Shown in pieces: positions 20,148 to 29,039 of a stretch of DNA of 64,000 nucleotides. Below the pieces are notes generated by a model, which ran no database searches, was not told the DNA's origin, and worked only from the letters and a program-made list of their open reading frames with translations. Source of the DNA: Desulfosudaceae bacterium. Its GTDB lineage: Bacteria; Desulfobacterota; Desulfobacteria; Desulfobacterales; Desulfosudaceae. A program made the position numbers and the translations under genes. Positions within the stretch are counted from its first letter, which is position 1; each line of letters begins with the position of its first letter. The DNA lies in NCBI GenBank assembly GCA_963674745.2, contig CAXXDV010000001.1:2080001-2144000 (forward strand), read 5' to 3'.

Positions 20148-20498
20148 CCTGTTTTTTCCAGAGGGGGCTACGGATTTTCGTAAAACACTAATACAGAAAT
20201 TATTAAGGCTGTCTCCGGACTGTAATGCCTTTATTGCTAAAGCCTTGTGAAGATCACTTCCCGTACGCAATTGAAACTTGCCAGAATATCGTTTATCGCT
20301 CGTGGAGGGTGGTAAAGGCCGGCCGTCTTTTTTATAAGTGACGATCCATTCATCAACTATACGGCAGAGTTGACGATAAACTTTTTCTTCGTTGTCTCCG
20401 TGGCAACACTTACCGATCCATCCCGGCACAGAACCGACATAGCATTTATCTTCATCTGACCACTCAACAATTTTCAAATAACGATCTCTATCTTTCAT
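20142..20498 (-). CDS. hicB: HicB antitoxin
   Basis: IVEWSDEDKCYVG N-terminus, GRPLP, YSGKFQLR..LHKALA RHH domain. Confidence 0.88.
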   Translation of the reverse strand: MKDRDRYLKIVEWSDEDKCYVGSVPGWIGKCCHGDNEEKVYRQLCRIVDEWIVTYKKDGRPLPPSTSDKRYSGKFQLRTGSDLHKALAIKALQSGDSLNNFCISVLRKSVAPSGKNRG

Positions 20499-20689
20499 TA
20501 TTTGGCCTCCTCAATCTTCTGCTTGACAATTTTTTCCTGATAAGGCTTTGCATCATCACCAAGTTGACCTGAGACTGTGACAGCAACGCCTTTTTCATGT
20601 AAGAAATTTTGATGGCTACCTTTTCCGCCCCGATTAACAAAACCGGCATTCTCAAGGTCTTTGATTAGTTGACGAAGTTTTCTTGGCAT
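20498..20689 (-). CDS. hicA: HicA mRNA interferase toxin
   Basis: LENAGF..GKGSH..F.H, AKPYQ. Confidence 0.9.
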   Translation of the reverse strand: MPRKLRQLIKDLENAGFVNRGGKGSHQNFLHEKGVAVTVSGQLGDDAKPYQEKIVKQKIEEAK

Positions 20690-20694
20690 GATTT

Positions 20695-20723
20695 ATGGTA
20701 CTGCTTTGGTACCACACTGTCAA
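20695..20723 (-). promoter_or_regulatory. hicAB promoter (likely leaderless mRNA) with TGGTACCA palindrome
   Basis: TTGACA-N17-TACCAT, 5 nt before the hicA ATG; no SD. Confidence 0.75.
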
Positions 20724-20737
20724 GCAATTTGACTTGT

Positions 20738-21215
20738 TTATACGGTTTCCCCTATTACCTTATTCATCTTTATACATTCAAGTTGAGTCCCATCAGGCAA
20801 CTCATGAAAATCTGTTCCGTTTTCAACATAACCATGGCGTATGTAAAAGTCCGACGCATTGATTGTAGAACAGAGATGCAGTTGATGAATATTTTTTTCC
20901 TAAAGAGATCGCTTTGAGTTTAAATAAAATTTTTCTGCCTATCCCTATCCCTTTTGAATTTGGGTGTACATAAATCGCACTTATTTCTTTATTCTTTATG
21001 TCAAGAATACCAAACCCTGACAAATTGACTTCTTGTTCCGCAACGATAATGACTTTTTCTTGTATAGCACTCTCGTAAATTTCAGGAAGAAGAATATTTG
21101 TCCATTTATCTATGCTTTCCGGGCTGTAATAGTCCTTGCACAACCATCGAATGGAGGCTTTGTGGCATTTTGATATTTCTTCTAAATCATATGTTGTCGC
21201 CAGTCGTATCTGCAT
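20738..21215 (-). pseudogene. GNAT acetyltransferase cassette gene, frameshifted
   Basis: AIYVHP..KGIGIG; removing one A from the A7 run (20892-20898) restores ..STINASDFYIRHGY..CIKMNK. Either a real lesion or a sequencing error. Confidence 0.8.
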
Positions 21216-21224
21216 TTTTTTTAC

Positions 21225-21346
21225 GTATAACGTCTTCAGCCAAAGGGCGCCAGGGCTTCCACTAACTTGCCTAAAATTAATTTATGTTCAATCCCCATGG
21301 TTGTTCGAAACCCGAGTGCCCTGGCTGTCCACTTGAGCTTCTTGGT
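21225..21346 (-). other. attC 3 (family A), interrupted in R'' by the group II intron; remainder at 22057-22061
   Basis: Rejoining gives GT|TATAAGG, complementary to CCTTATAAC at 22514-22522. Confidence 0.88.
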
Positions 21347-22056
21347 GTGTGCCGGGCACGGCACATGTTCTTAAAAGTGAGCCAAGGCTATCATATATTT
21401 GATAATTTTGGCAAGTCTTAGACCCAGCCTGATGGAGGCGAAGGGTGTAGCGGTAGTGCAACGGGGTACCGGTGACGGTGCTTCGGGAGGAAGCCGCCCT
21501 GCTGCGGCAGGGTACCGCGAAGGTACGGGATGACGCACAGGAATCGAGTATAAGGCGCGCACGCCGGGACGAGTCTGCACAACAAGGCAAAGTCCTCTAT
21601 CCATCTTAAGGCGTGTCCGTAAACTCGGCATTTACGTACCGAAAGACACGTGCTTACCCCGGGAGATCTCTCCTGTGCCGTACAACGGCTGAGGGTCGGG
21701 TAACCGGCCCTGACCGCAGGGGAGAAGTCAGCAGAAGGCATAGTAGCCGGCGGAAACGAGCCGGGCCTCCCTTAAGCGGGAGAAGTATACCCGGAGGACT
21801 CACCCCGGTGAAGGCCGGAACGGTGCCCGGACCGAATGGCACGGGTAAATGGTGGTGGCAAGTAAGGGAGTATCTCTTACGGGGATAATGCGGCAGCTGC
21901 CGAAATTCACGTAGCGAGCTTTCTCTGAAAACCCGGTGGAACTGGTGGGATAACTCACAGCCGGTCTCATCAGTACCAGCCGAACCGCCTTGGTACGTGA
22001 TCCGTATGCCAGGTGGTGTGGGAGGGGGTAGCCGTGAGGCTACTCCCTATCCCAAT
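21347..22056 (+). mobile_element. Group IIC-attC intron, ORF-less (710 nt)
   Basis: 5' GTGTG; 3' DV/DVI GAACCGCC..GTACGTGATCCGTATGCCAGGTGGTGTGGGAGG..CCCTATCCCAAT; inserted in attC antisense to the cassettes; no RT ORF. Confidence 0.88.
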
Positions 22057-22065
22057 TATAAGGAT

Positions 22066-22512
22066 TTAATATGGGTTCTTATATGGTCCCTCCCAGATTC
22101 CCGACAAAACGATCGTTGCTGTAGAAGCACTACGAGTTCTGAAAGTTGCATATCCAGTCTCTCCAGGCTCCAATTTGGGATATATCAGTCGTGTCTTTTC
22201 CCCAACTACTTGTCCATCTTGATCAAGCTCGACGAAGAATACTTCACTTGGGAGTGGTAACTTGCCATTGTATGAAACTCGGCAAGTAAGCCCAGAGATA
22301 GGGTGACAATTATTGATGGTGAATATCTTCTGCAAGTCTCCAGTCAGTTTCATAACGGGAACGCACCAGCCATCCTCGTTGGGGACCATTCCGTACTTAC
22401 TGCAATCTTGGGGATCATAGACTCCTGAGCAGCTTAATACAGCAGAGAAAAGGAGTGCTGAAGCAACCCTGAAAATCAACCTCAAATATTTTATTTCTTG
22501 TCTTTGTTGCAT
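22066..22512 (-). CDS. Cassette: hypothetical lipoprotein
   Basis: Hydrophobic leader with VLSC lipobox; bounded by R boxes. Confidence 0.75.
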   Translation of the reverse strand: MQQRQEIKYLRLIFRVASALLFSAVLSCSGVYDPQDCSKYGMVPNEDGWCVPVMKLTGDLQKIFTINNCHPISGLTCRVSYNGKLPLPSEVFFVELDQDGQVVGEKTRLIYPKLEPGETGYATFRTRSASTATIVLSGIWEGPYKNPY

Positions 22513-22515
22513 ACC

Positions 22516-22638
22516 TTATAACGTCTCAAGCCAATGGAAACCAGGGCTTCCACCAGCTTGGTTAAAGATTATGGTTGTTCAGTTCCCCTAATTTTTCAAA
22601 ACCAGAGTGCCCTGGTTGTCCACTTGAGCTTGATTGTT
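22516..22638 (-). other. attC 4 (family A), separated from its cassette by the recombinase/IS91 element
   Basis: TCAAGCCAATGGAAACCAGGGC..GCCCTGGTTGTCCACTTGAGCTTGA..GTT. Confidence 0.88.
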
Positions 22639-22729
22639 GAACGAAGCCGCTACGCGGCGGATTAATAAAAAACAAGGTATACTCCAATACGTGCTCAATT
22701 ACGGGCACCCCCAATAAAAGGAGTATACC

Positions 22730-23634
22730 ATGAACGATTCGGAAGTAAAACGTTTCAACCGGCTTTATGAGCGGCACCTGGAGTTGCTCAAGCTTCAGGG
22801 GATGAGTCCGAGGACCATTGATCTCTATGCCCGTTCAGTCCGCCGCATTCGTAACCATTTTGATTGTTGTCCCGACCATTTACGTCCGGAACAATTGGAA
22901 GGTTATTTCTCTCAGCTGGTGGATAGCCATTCCTGGAGCACGGTCAGGGTTGACCGTAACGGCTTGCAGTTCTTCTGGCGGTATGTGCTCGGAAAGGACT
23001 GGGAATGGATCAAGATCGTCAAACCGCCGAAAGTCAAAACCATACCGGACATTCTTACCGTTTCCGAAGTTGAACGGATCATCGGCAAAACCAAGAAATT
23101 GCGTTACCGGGTATTTCTGCTGACAACCTATTCCATGGGATTGCGTCTGGAAGAGACGTTGTCCCTTCAGATCGGGGACATTGATGCTGAACGCAAAAAG
23201 GTCCATATCCGCCGGGGTAAAGGTCATAAGGACCGAATGCTGCCATTGCCGGATCTTACGTTGGAGGGCCTGCGGGAGCTTTGGCGTAAGCATCGTCATC
23301 CTAATTTGTTATTCCCCAATTGCAAGGGTTCTTTAGAAACCATCCGGGCGGCCACCAACTTTATGGATAAAGGCGGCTGTCAGAGGGCCATGAAAGTGGT
23401 CGTCGCCGAATGCGGCATTAAAAAAAAGTATCCATTCACTCCCTGCGTCACAGTTTTGCCACCCACCTGCTTGAACGCGGCTTAAGCCTCCGTCACATCC
23501 AGGCCCTGCTTGGCCATGCCAGTCCCTCCACAACAGCACGTTATACGCATCTAAGCGATATAACGGAGCAGGACAGCCTGACTGTCTTAAATGAGTTGAT
23601 AAATACAATCCATGTTGATTTTAGAAAGGTATGA
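22730..23634 (+). CDS. Tyrosine recombinase, complete only via a -1 frameshift at A8G (23420-23428)
   Basis: 0 frame: SAM-like N-terminus, [10 protein letters not shown]. -1 frame: [26 protein letters not shown], stop overlapping the tnp ATG (ATGA). Confidence 0.85.
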
Positions 23635-24686
23635 TTATGGAACTGGCATCAATTATTGATCAGTACGCTGACAGGTTTATGGAAAAGCACGGCCAAAAAG
23701 CCTTGCCGGGGCATCTTAAAGCCTTGCGTGCCATACGCAGGTGCCGCACTCCTGCCTCCGGAGAATTTCACGTTCAGTGCCCCGGCTGCCAACATGGACA
23801 ATGGAAACCAATGTCCTGCGGGCACCGGAGCTGCCCCAAATGCCAGAATCATGAGGCCAGTCAGTGGATCGACCGGCAGCAGGAGAAACTGCTTCCGGTG
23901 CTTTACTTTATGGCGACGTTTACGCTGCCGTTTGAACTCCGTCCGCTGGCCTGGAACAATCAGCGGGATGTATATTCAATCTTCTTTTCCTGCGTGTCCG
24001 AAACACTCAAGGATTTTGGCTTAAACCCGAAGCAAATGGGCGCAGAAATCGGTTTGACCATGGTTCTGCATACGAACACCCGAAGTCTGGATTATCATCC
24101 TCATATCCATGTGGTGGTGCCCGGCGGCGGGATTGATAAGCGCCGGCGACAATGGAAAAAGAAAAAAGGAAAATATCTGTTTAATGAGTTTAACCTGGCC
24201 ACGGTCTTTCGTGCCCGTTTTCTGGCCGCTTTAAGAAAAGCCGGCCTTTATGTGCCTAAAAATACACCTGCAAAATGGGTCGTGGATTGTGAAAAGGTCG
24301 GTAACGGGCTCCCGGTCATAAAGTACCTGTCCCGGTACTTATACCGGGGTGTAATCAGTGAAAAGAATATTGTGGCCAATGAAAATGGCCGGGTCACCTT
24401 CAGGTACACTGAAAGCGGCACCGGCCATACCCGTTATCGTACGCTTGACGGAGAAGATTTTCTCCAGCTCATTCTGCAGCATGTCCTGCCCAAGGGCTTC
24501 CGCAGGGTGCGCGATTACGGGTTTCTTCATGGCAACGCCAAAAAGACGCTGCAACTGGTGCAATTGATCCTGCATGTCCGGCTTGGAATAAAAACCCAAC
24601 GCCCGAGACCTGCTGTAAAGTGCCCCCGTTGCCACATCCCGATGGTCATCAAAGGGTTCCGTTACGCGGCCTGGAAGCCGGGATAA
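23631..24686 (+). CDS. IS91-family rolling-circle transposase
   Basis: Zn-binding [26 protein letters not shown]2 motif [17 protein letters not shown]. Confidence 0.95.
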   Translation: MIMELASIIDQYADRFMEKHGQKALPGHLKALRAIRRCRTPASGEFHVQCPGCQHGQWKPMSCGHRSCPKCQNHEASQWIDRQQEKLLPVLYFMATFTLPFELRPLAWNNQRDVYSIFFSCVSETLKDFGLNPKQMGAEIGLTMVLHTNTRSLDYHPHIHVVVPGGGIDKRRRQWKKKKGKYLFNEFNLATVFRARFLAALRKAGLYVPKNTPAKWVVDCEKVGNGLPVIKYLSRYLYRGVISEKNIVANENGRVTFRYTESGTGHTRYRTLDGEDFLQLILQHVLPKGFRRVRDYGFLHGNAKKTLQLVQLILHVRLGIKTQRPRPAVKCPRCHIPMVIKGFRYAAWKPG

Positions 24687-24880
24687 AACGCTGACCCGGT
24701 TATGACCCGGCACAACAAAAAACAGGAGGCAATCACACCCATGAACAAAATTGTCTTTTTAAAACCTGCCTTCAGGTTAAGGGATCCCTGCGTCCTGCAA
24801 AAAAAGCACTTTCCAGGTTCACGCCTTTTGCCCTCTATCCCAAATTAAATATTTTCTTATAGTGAAAGTTCAGCGGGCTT

Positions 24881-24941
24881 GTTCAACCCCGGATAAGATC
24901 GTGGCTCGTTACCTCGCACGATCTATCCTTGTTCGTTATGA
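24881..24941 (+). other. Short attC-like hairpin, inverted relative to the array
   Basis: GTTCAAC-ccc-GGATAaGATCGTG-13 nt-CACGATCTATCC-ttgttc-GTT; extra base on the left arm; spacing not canonical. Confidence 0.6.
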
Positions 24942-25069
24942 TTACCCCTTTCGCTACACAGAAAAAACCATGCGATATCAAAAAATTACACGCTTACAAA
25001 ATTTTGTTTAAAAGAATAAATTAAAAAGATTTTGTTATTGGAACAAAATTGCATTATCAGCGAATTTTA

Positions 25070-25285
25070 CTAAATGTTTTCCCAAATGTCATATCCAATA
25101 AAAATTATTATTAGAACACAAAACAAAAGAATTATAATTTTTCTTCTTCGTAGACATTTCGGGCATCGATAAACATATTTATATCTTTCTGTCAGCGACC
25201 AATGATTAAGCACAAGCTCAACATCTTTTTCAGATACTTCAATTCCGCAGGAGGCACATTTCATGTCATTTTTTGCTTTAATCAT
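25070..25285 (-). CDS. Cassette: small CxxC..CxxC protein with C-terminal TM helix, copy A
   Basis: CASC..CPKC, hydrophobic tail; ATG lies within the R' box. Confidence 0.7.
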   Translation of the reverse strand: MIKAKNDMKCASCGIEVSEKDVELVLNHWSLTERYKYVYRCPKCLRRRKIIILLFCVLIIIFIGYDIWENI

Positions 25286-25409
25286 AACGTCTTCAGCCAA
25301 AGGGCGCCAGGGCTTCCTCTGACTGACTTAAAGTCGGTTGATGTTCAATTTCCCGAGGATGTTCAAAACCCGAGTGCCCTGGCGATCCTTTTGCGCTGAA
25401 TTGTTGAGT
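25282..25409 (-). other. attC 5 (family A)
   Basis: TTCAGCCAAAGGGCGCCAGGGC..GCCCTGGCGATCCTTTTGCGCTGAA; 3 extrahelical bases. Confidence 0.9.
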
Positions 25410-25416
25410 GTAAATT

Positions 25417-25782
25417 TTATTTGTTTGGTTCTATAAAATCATCAACTTCAATATGAATATCCCGGCAACCAAGGAATTCCTCATCTACTTCGTATATATT
25501 TAATATACCACCATATTCAGCAGTGAGTTCACCATCCCAAAAGATAGCTTGAATTTCGATTAACACGTGATCTCCGACATGGATTGTTTCTTTTTCCTGA
25601 TTAACTATTACATCTTCGTTATGATAATCATTATCTTCTACAGCATAGTATATACTTACTTCTCTGTCTGTATCATTGAAAACTCTTACGCAAAAATTTT
25701 GCGGGTCATCAAAATCGAACGGATCAGTGCAGCCAAACATTATCAAAAAAATAACCGGTACTAATTTAATGAAAATATTCAC
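25417..25782 (-). CDS. Cassette: acidic hypothetical lipoprotein
   Basis: MFGC lipobox-like leader. Confidence 0.72.
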   Translation of the reverse strand: MNIFIKLVPVIFLIMFGCTDPFDFDDPQNFCVRVFNDTDREVSIYYAVEDNDYHNEDVIVNQEKETIHVGDHVLIEIQAIFWDGELTAEYGGILNIYEVDEEFLGCRDIHIEVDDFIEPNK

Positions 25783-25787
25783 TCTAC

Positions 25788-25913
25788 ACTCAACGTCTCC
25801 AGCCAGAGGGCGCCAGGGATTCCACTGACTGTCTTAAAGTTGGTGAATGTTAAATCCCCCCGGTTGTCCAACAAAGCCCGCCCTGGCGGTCCTGCTGGGC
25901 TGGATTGTTATGA
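25788..25913 (-). other. attC 6 (family A)
   Basis: Family A arms; AAC..GTT ends. Confidence 0.9.
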
Positions 25914-25929
25914 TTTAGGATATTATTTT

Positions 25930-26275
25930 TCAATCCACCCATTCAACTTTTACTTTAGTTCCTCTAAGACCTTCAAAAAACCCGCCGACTAAGGCCCATG
26001 CGGTTTTTTGGTTCCCTTGTCTTGTTTTAACTTTTATCCAAAAAATTCGTTGTCTCCAAACAAGTTTAAAAAAAAATGGATTCATTTTTAATCTTGGATA
26101 TTTGAAGTCTATTAAAGCATATCCATTATTACTTGCCCAGATTTCGAGTATTTTTTTACCCTTTTTCGAGTTATAATAATGTTCAAATATAAACAATATA
26201 AGGAGAATAGATATCGGAACATTACATAATGATAGTAATATTAAAAGATCATTGTTCATATGCAGAAAAATCATA
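25930..26275 (-). CDS. Cassette: hypothetical membrane protein
   Basis: N-terminal TM helix; start trimmed to the ATG inside the cassette. Confidence 0.7.
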
Positions 26276-26396
26276 ACGGCGGCAGCCAAAGCAGCCAGGG
26301 CTTCCACTGCCTTTATTAAAGTTGTTTGCTGCTCAATTCCCCCGGCATGTTCAAAAACCGAATGCCCTGGCTGTCATTTGGGCTGCTTGGTTAAGT
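26271..26396 (-). other. attC 7 (family A)
   Basis: GCAGCCAAAGCAGCCAGGGC..GCCCTGGCTGTCATTTGGGCTGC. Confidence 0.9.
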
Positions 26397-26680
26397 GCCC
26401 GCATTATTCAGAAAGCCTTTAACGACAGCATGGGCAAATCAATTAAAATGATTTTTTTCTTTTTACGCCTTGTCCATCATGAACTTATGAAAACGGGTAG
26501 GTCTCTTTTCATCCGGACAAATAAAGGCGCAAAATCAAACAGTCCCGCCAGATCAAAATACAGCTTATCTTTACTGATTGAAAATATCAATCTGGTGACA
26601 ATTTCCATAGTGGCAACGAAGATCATTTTTCGTCAAAATTCTTTTTTTATTTTTTCCCGTACAGATTAAGTGCACTTAAC
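26390..26680 (-). other. ORF-less cassette, family 1, copy 1
   Basis: GTTAAGTG..CACTTAAC bounds; homologous to 31833-32126 and 32843-33134; no - strand ORF. Confidence 0.85.
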
Positions 26681-26797
26681 GTCCGCCACCACCGGCGAGC
26701 AGGGTTTGCGGACTTCCTTAAAGTGAGTTTAACACCAAACTATGCCAGGACAAAAGCAGCCCGCCCCTGCGAGTCCGGGTGAGTGGCATTGTTATCT
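26674..26797 (-). other. attC 8 (family B)
   Basis: CCGCCACCACCGGCGAGCAGGG..CCCTGCGAGTCCGGGTGAGTGGC. Confidence 0.9.
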
Positions 26798-26798
26798 T

Positions 26799-27287
26799 TC
26801 AGTTTTTTAATATTTTTGATTCTATTAATTCATTTTTTAAAATCATAAAAATTCCTGCTACTACCGTAAAACCATGTGCAAATGAATTACTCCAATAGAA
26901 ACCTCCTCCCGAGCGAATTGGTAAAAGGAATAAATCTCTGATTAAGGAGGACGTTCCACTTGTGAAAAAGTATATGCCTAAAAGAATAAGCCAAAAGGAT
27001 AGATTAGAGTAATTGGGGTCGCTTTCATCTGTCTTGGGTGTTACTTTAGAATCTCCGGAAATAAAATTTGATATTTTTTCGGCCTTCGAAATTAAGAGGA
27101 TTGCAACAATAATATAAAATATCGGGAGAAAAGAAGCCCAAATATTATATAGCACAGGATTCTTGATAAACTTTTCCTGATTGATAGCAAATGAAGAGAT
27201 TAATCCAGAAAATGCATATGGTATTTGAACTAAAAGATAAAGGCCGTAAATACGTGTTGCAATTTCAATGGCTTTTTTTGTGCTCAT
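26799..27287 (-). CDS. Cassette: 4-TM hypothetical membrane protein
   Basis: Four hydrophobic segments; GAAGGA before MSTKK. Confidence 0.75.
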   Translation of the reverse strand: MSTKKAIEIATRIYGLYLLVQIPYAFSGLISSFAINQEKFIKNPVLYNIWASFLPIFYIIVAILLISKAEKISNFISGDSKVTPKTDESDPNYSNLSFWLILLGIYFFTSGTSSLIRDLFLLPIRSGGGFYWSNSFAHGFTVVAGIFMILKNELIESKILKN

Positions 27288-27303
27288 AGAGTTCCTTGAA
27301 GAA

Positions 27304-27432
27304 AGATAACGGCGGCCGCCAATGGGAGCCAGGGCTTCCACTGACTTGCCTTAAAATTGGTTGCTATTCAACTTCCCCCGAATGTTCAAACCCCGGGGTG
27401 CCCTGGCTATCCTTTGCGCGGCCTTGTTATGA
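27304..27432 (-). other. attC 9 (family A)
   Basis: GGCCGCCAATGGGAGCCAGGGC..GCCCTGGCTATCCTTTGCGCGGCC. Confidence 0.9.
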
Positions 27433-27560
27433 TTACCCCTTTCGCTACACAGAAAAAACCATGCGATATCAAAAAATTACACGCTTACAAAATTTTGTTT
27501 AAAAGAATAAATTAAAAAGATTTTGTTATTGGAACAAAATTGCATTATCAGTGAATTTTA

Positions 27561-27776
27561 CTAAATGTTTTCCCAAATGTCATATCCAATAAAAATTATT
27601 ATTAGAACACAAAACAAAAGAATTATAATTTTTCTTCTTCGTAGACATTTCGGGCATCGATAAACATATTTATATCTTTCTGTCAGCGACCAATGATTAA
27701 GCACAAGCTCAACATCTTTTTCAGATACTTCAATTCCGCAGGAGGCACATTTCATGTCATTTTTTGCTTTAATCAT
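27561..27776 (-). CDS. Cassette: small CxxC..CxxC TM protein, copy B
   Basis: The 354-bp body (27426-27779) is nearly identical to 24935-25288. Confidence 0.7.
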   Translation of the reverse strand: MIKAKNDMKCASCGIEVSEKDVELVLNHWSLTERYKYVYRCPKCLRRRKIIILLFCVLIIIFIGYDIWENI

Positions 27777-27901
27777 AACGGCGGCAGCCAAAGGGCGCCA
27801 GGGCCTTCTCTGACAGCCTTTAAGAAGGTTACTGTTCAGTTTTCTTCGAATGTTCCAAAACCCGAGTGCCCTGGCGATCCTCTTGCGCTGCCTGGTTAGT
27901 T
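27773..27901 (-). other. attC 10 (family A)
   Basis: Family A arms. Confidence 0.9.
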
Positions 27902-28281
27902 TTCTTTTTATTTCTTATGGTTAGAATCATTTTATATAAATCCTCCATCTGCTCACCTGCCCATGGATACATACGATAATTTTTTGATCTGGGTAATATG
28001 CTATTGGCTATGTCGAAGCAATTGCAACTATCGATGTCAATTTGAAAATTCATTATGACCATTGATTTGGTTTTATTATCATAAATTTTGAGATCGGCCC
28101 ATGAACGGGGCCATTCACTGTTTCTCTCTACATAGAATGTTGTTTGTTTAATAACATCGGCAGTTTTATATTCTGGGTCGACGTTGAAAATTATTGCAGA
28201 AAAATGGCCAAACAAATAGGCAACAAAGATTGATAAAATCCATAAAACAAAAATCAAAATTTTTTTCTTTTTGCCTGTCAT
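27829..28281 (-). CDS. Cassette: membrane-anchored hypothetical protein; stop lies inside attC
   Basis: MTGKKKK followed by a TM helix. Confidence 0.7.
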   Translation of the reverse strand: MTGKKKKILIFVLWILSIFVAYLFGHFSAIIFNVDPEYKTADVIKQTTFYVERNSEWPRSWADLKIYDNKTKSMVIMNFQIDIDSCNCFDIANSILPRSKNYRMYPWAGEQMEDLYKMILTIRNKKKTNQAAQEDRQGTRVLEHSKKTEQ

Positions 28282-28301
28282 TTCGAGCTTGCTCTCATGA
28301 A

Positions 28302-28429
28302 AACTAACGTCTTCAGCCAAAGGGCGCCAGGGCTGTCTCTGACTGACTTAAAGTCTGTTGATGTTCAATTCAGCACGGCTGTTCAAAAGCCGAATGCCCT
28401 GGCGATCCTATTGCGCTGAATTGTTCGGT
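28302..28429 (-). other. attC 11 (family A)
   Basis: Family A arms. Confidence 0.9.
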
Positions 28430-28896
28430 GCCTTAAGGGTTTCTATAGATTCCAGCAATTCTTTTATAAATTGATCAAAATTATTCTTGTTTGAGCCGTT
28501 ATTACCGATATTAAAAGCTATTAAACCATTATCCATTTTGAATTGATAGAATTCTATTTTCCCCCAATTGATAATTGCAAGGATTGCGCATAGTAGAGGT
28601 ATAAATAAGAAGAACATATGTGCTAAAAAGGGGAGCCCTCCGCCTTCAAAATAAAAAATAAGTTCGGCAAACAAAGCAATTGGTAAAGACCCAACAAATA
28701 TGCCTGCCGAATATTTAAAGGTTTCAGTTCTGATCCAAACCTTATCATATATGGGGTCAATCTTCTTGAGGTCTAATTTGGCTTCAGATTTTTCACCCCA
28801 AGATCGTTTGCTCTTAAAAATTAGAAAATCATCGTTTATTTCAAAGTCTCTAACAGTTCCATTGAAACGATGTGAGTATTTTTTGATTTTGTTCAT
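28408..28896 (-). CDS. Cassette: 2-TM hypothetical protein
   Basis: Fills the cassette; two central hydrophobic segments. Confidence 0.72.
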   Translation of the reverse strand: MNKIKKYSHRFNGTVRDFEINDDFLIFKSKRSWGEKSEAKLDLKKIDPIYDKVWIRTETFKYSAGIFVGSLPIALFAELIFYFEGGGLPFLAHMFFLFIPLLCAILAIINWGKIEFYQFKMDNGLIAFNIGNNGSNKNNFDQFIKELLESIETLKAPNNSAQ

Positions 28897-28907
28897 AATA
28901 ATTGTGC

Positions 28908-29031
28908 ACCGAACGTCCGCCACCACCGGCGAGCAGGGTTTGCGGACTTTTTAAGGGTTAGTTCAACACCACACTATGCTAAAAATAAGGCAGGCCGCCC
29001 CTGCGAGTCTGTGTGAGTGGCGTTGTTATGT
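28908..29031 (-). other. attC 12 (family B)
   Basis: Family B arms. Confidence 0.9.
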
Positions 29032-29039
29032 GCCTCTAA

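Larger units (their letters stand above)
22636..24937 (+). mobile_element. IS91-like element: tyrosine recombinase plus HUH Y2 transposase, with a terminal attC-like hairpin
   Basis: GTT at both ends; imperfect IR GTTGAACGAAGCCGCT (22636) / AGCGGGCTTGTTCAAC (24872-24887); higher GC than the array; opposite orientation. Confidence 0.85.

Noticed and set aside
21288..22260. Short ORFs within the intron as an intron-encoded protein
   Set aside because: They have no RT motifs (no YADD) and are incidental translations of structured RNA.
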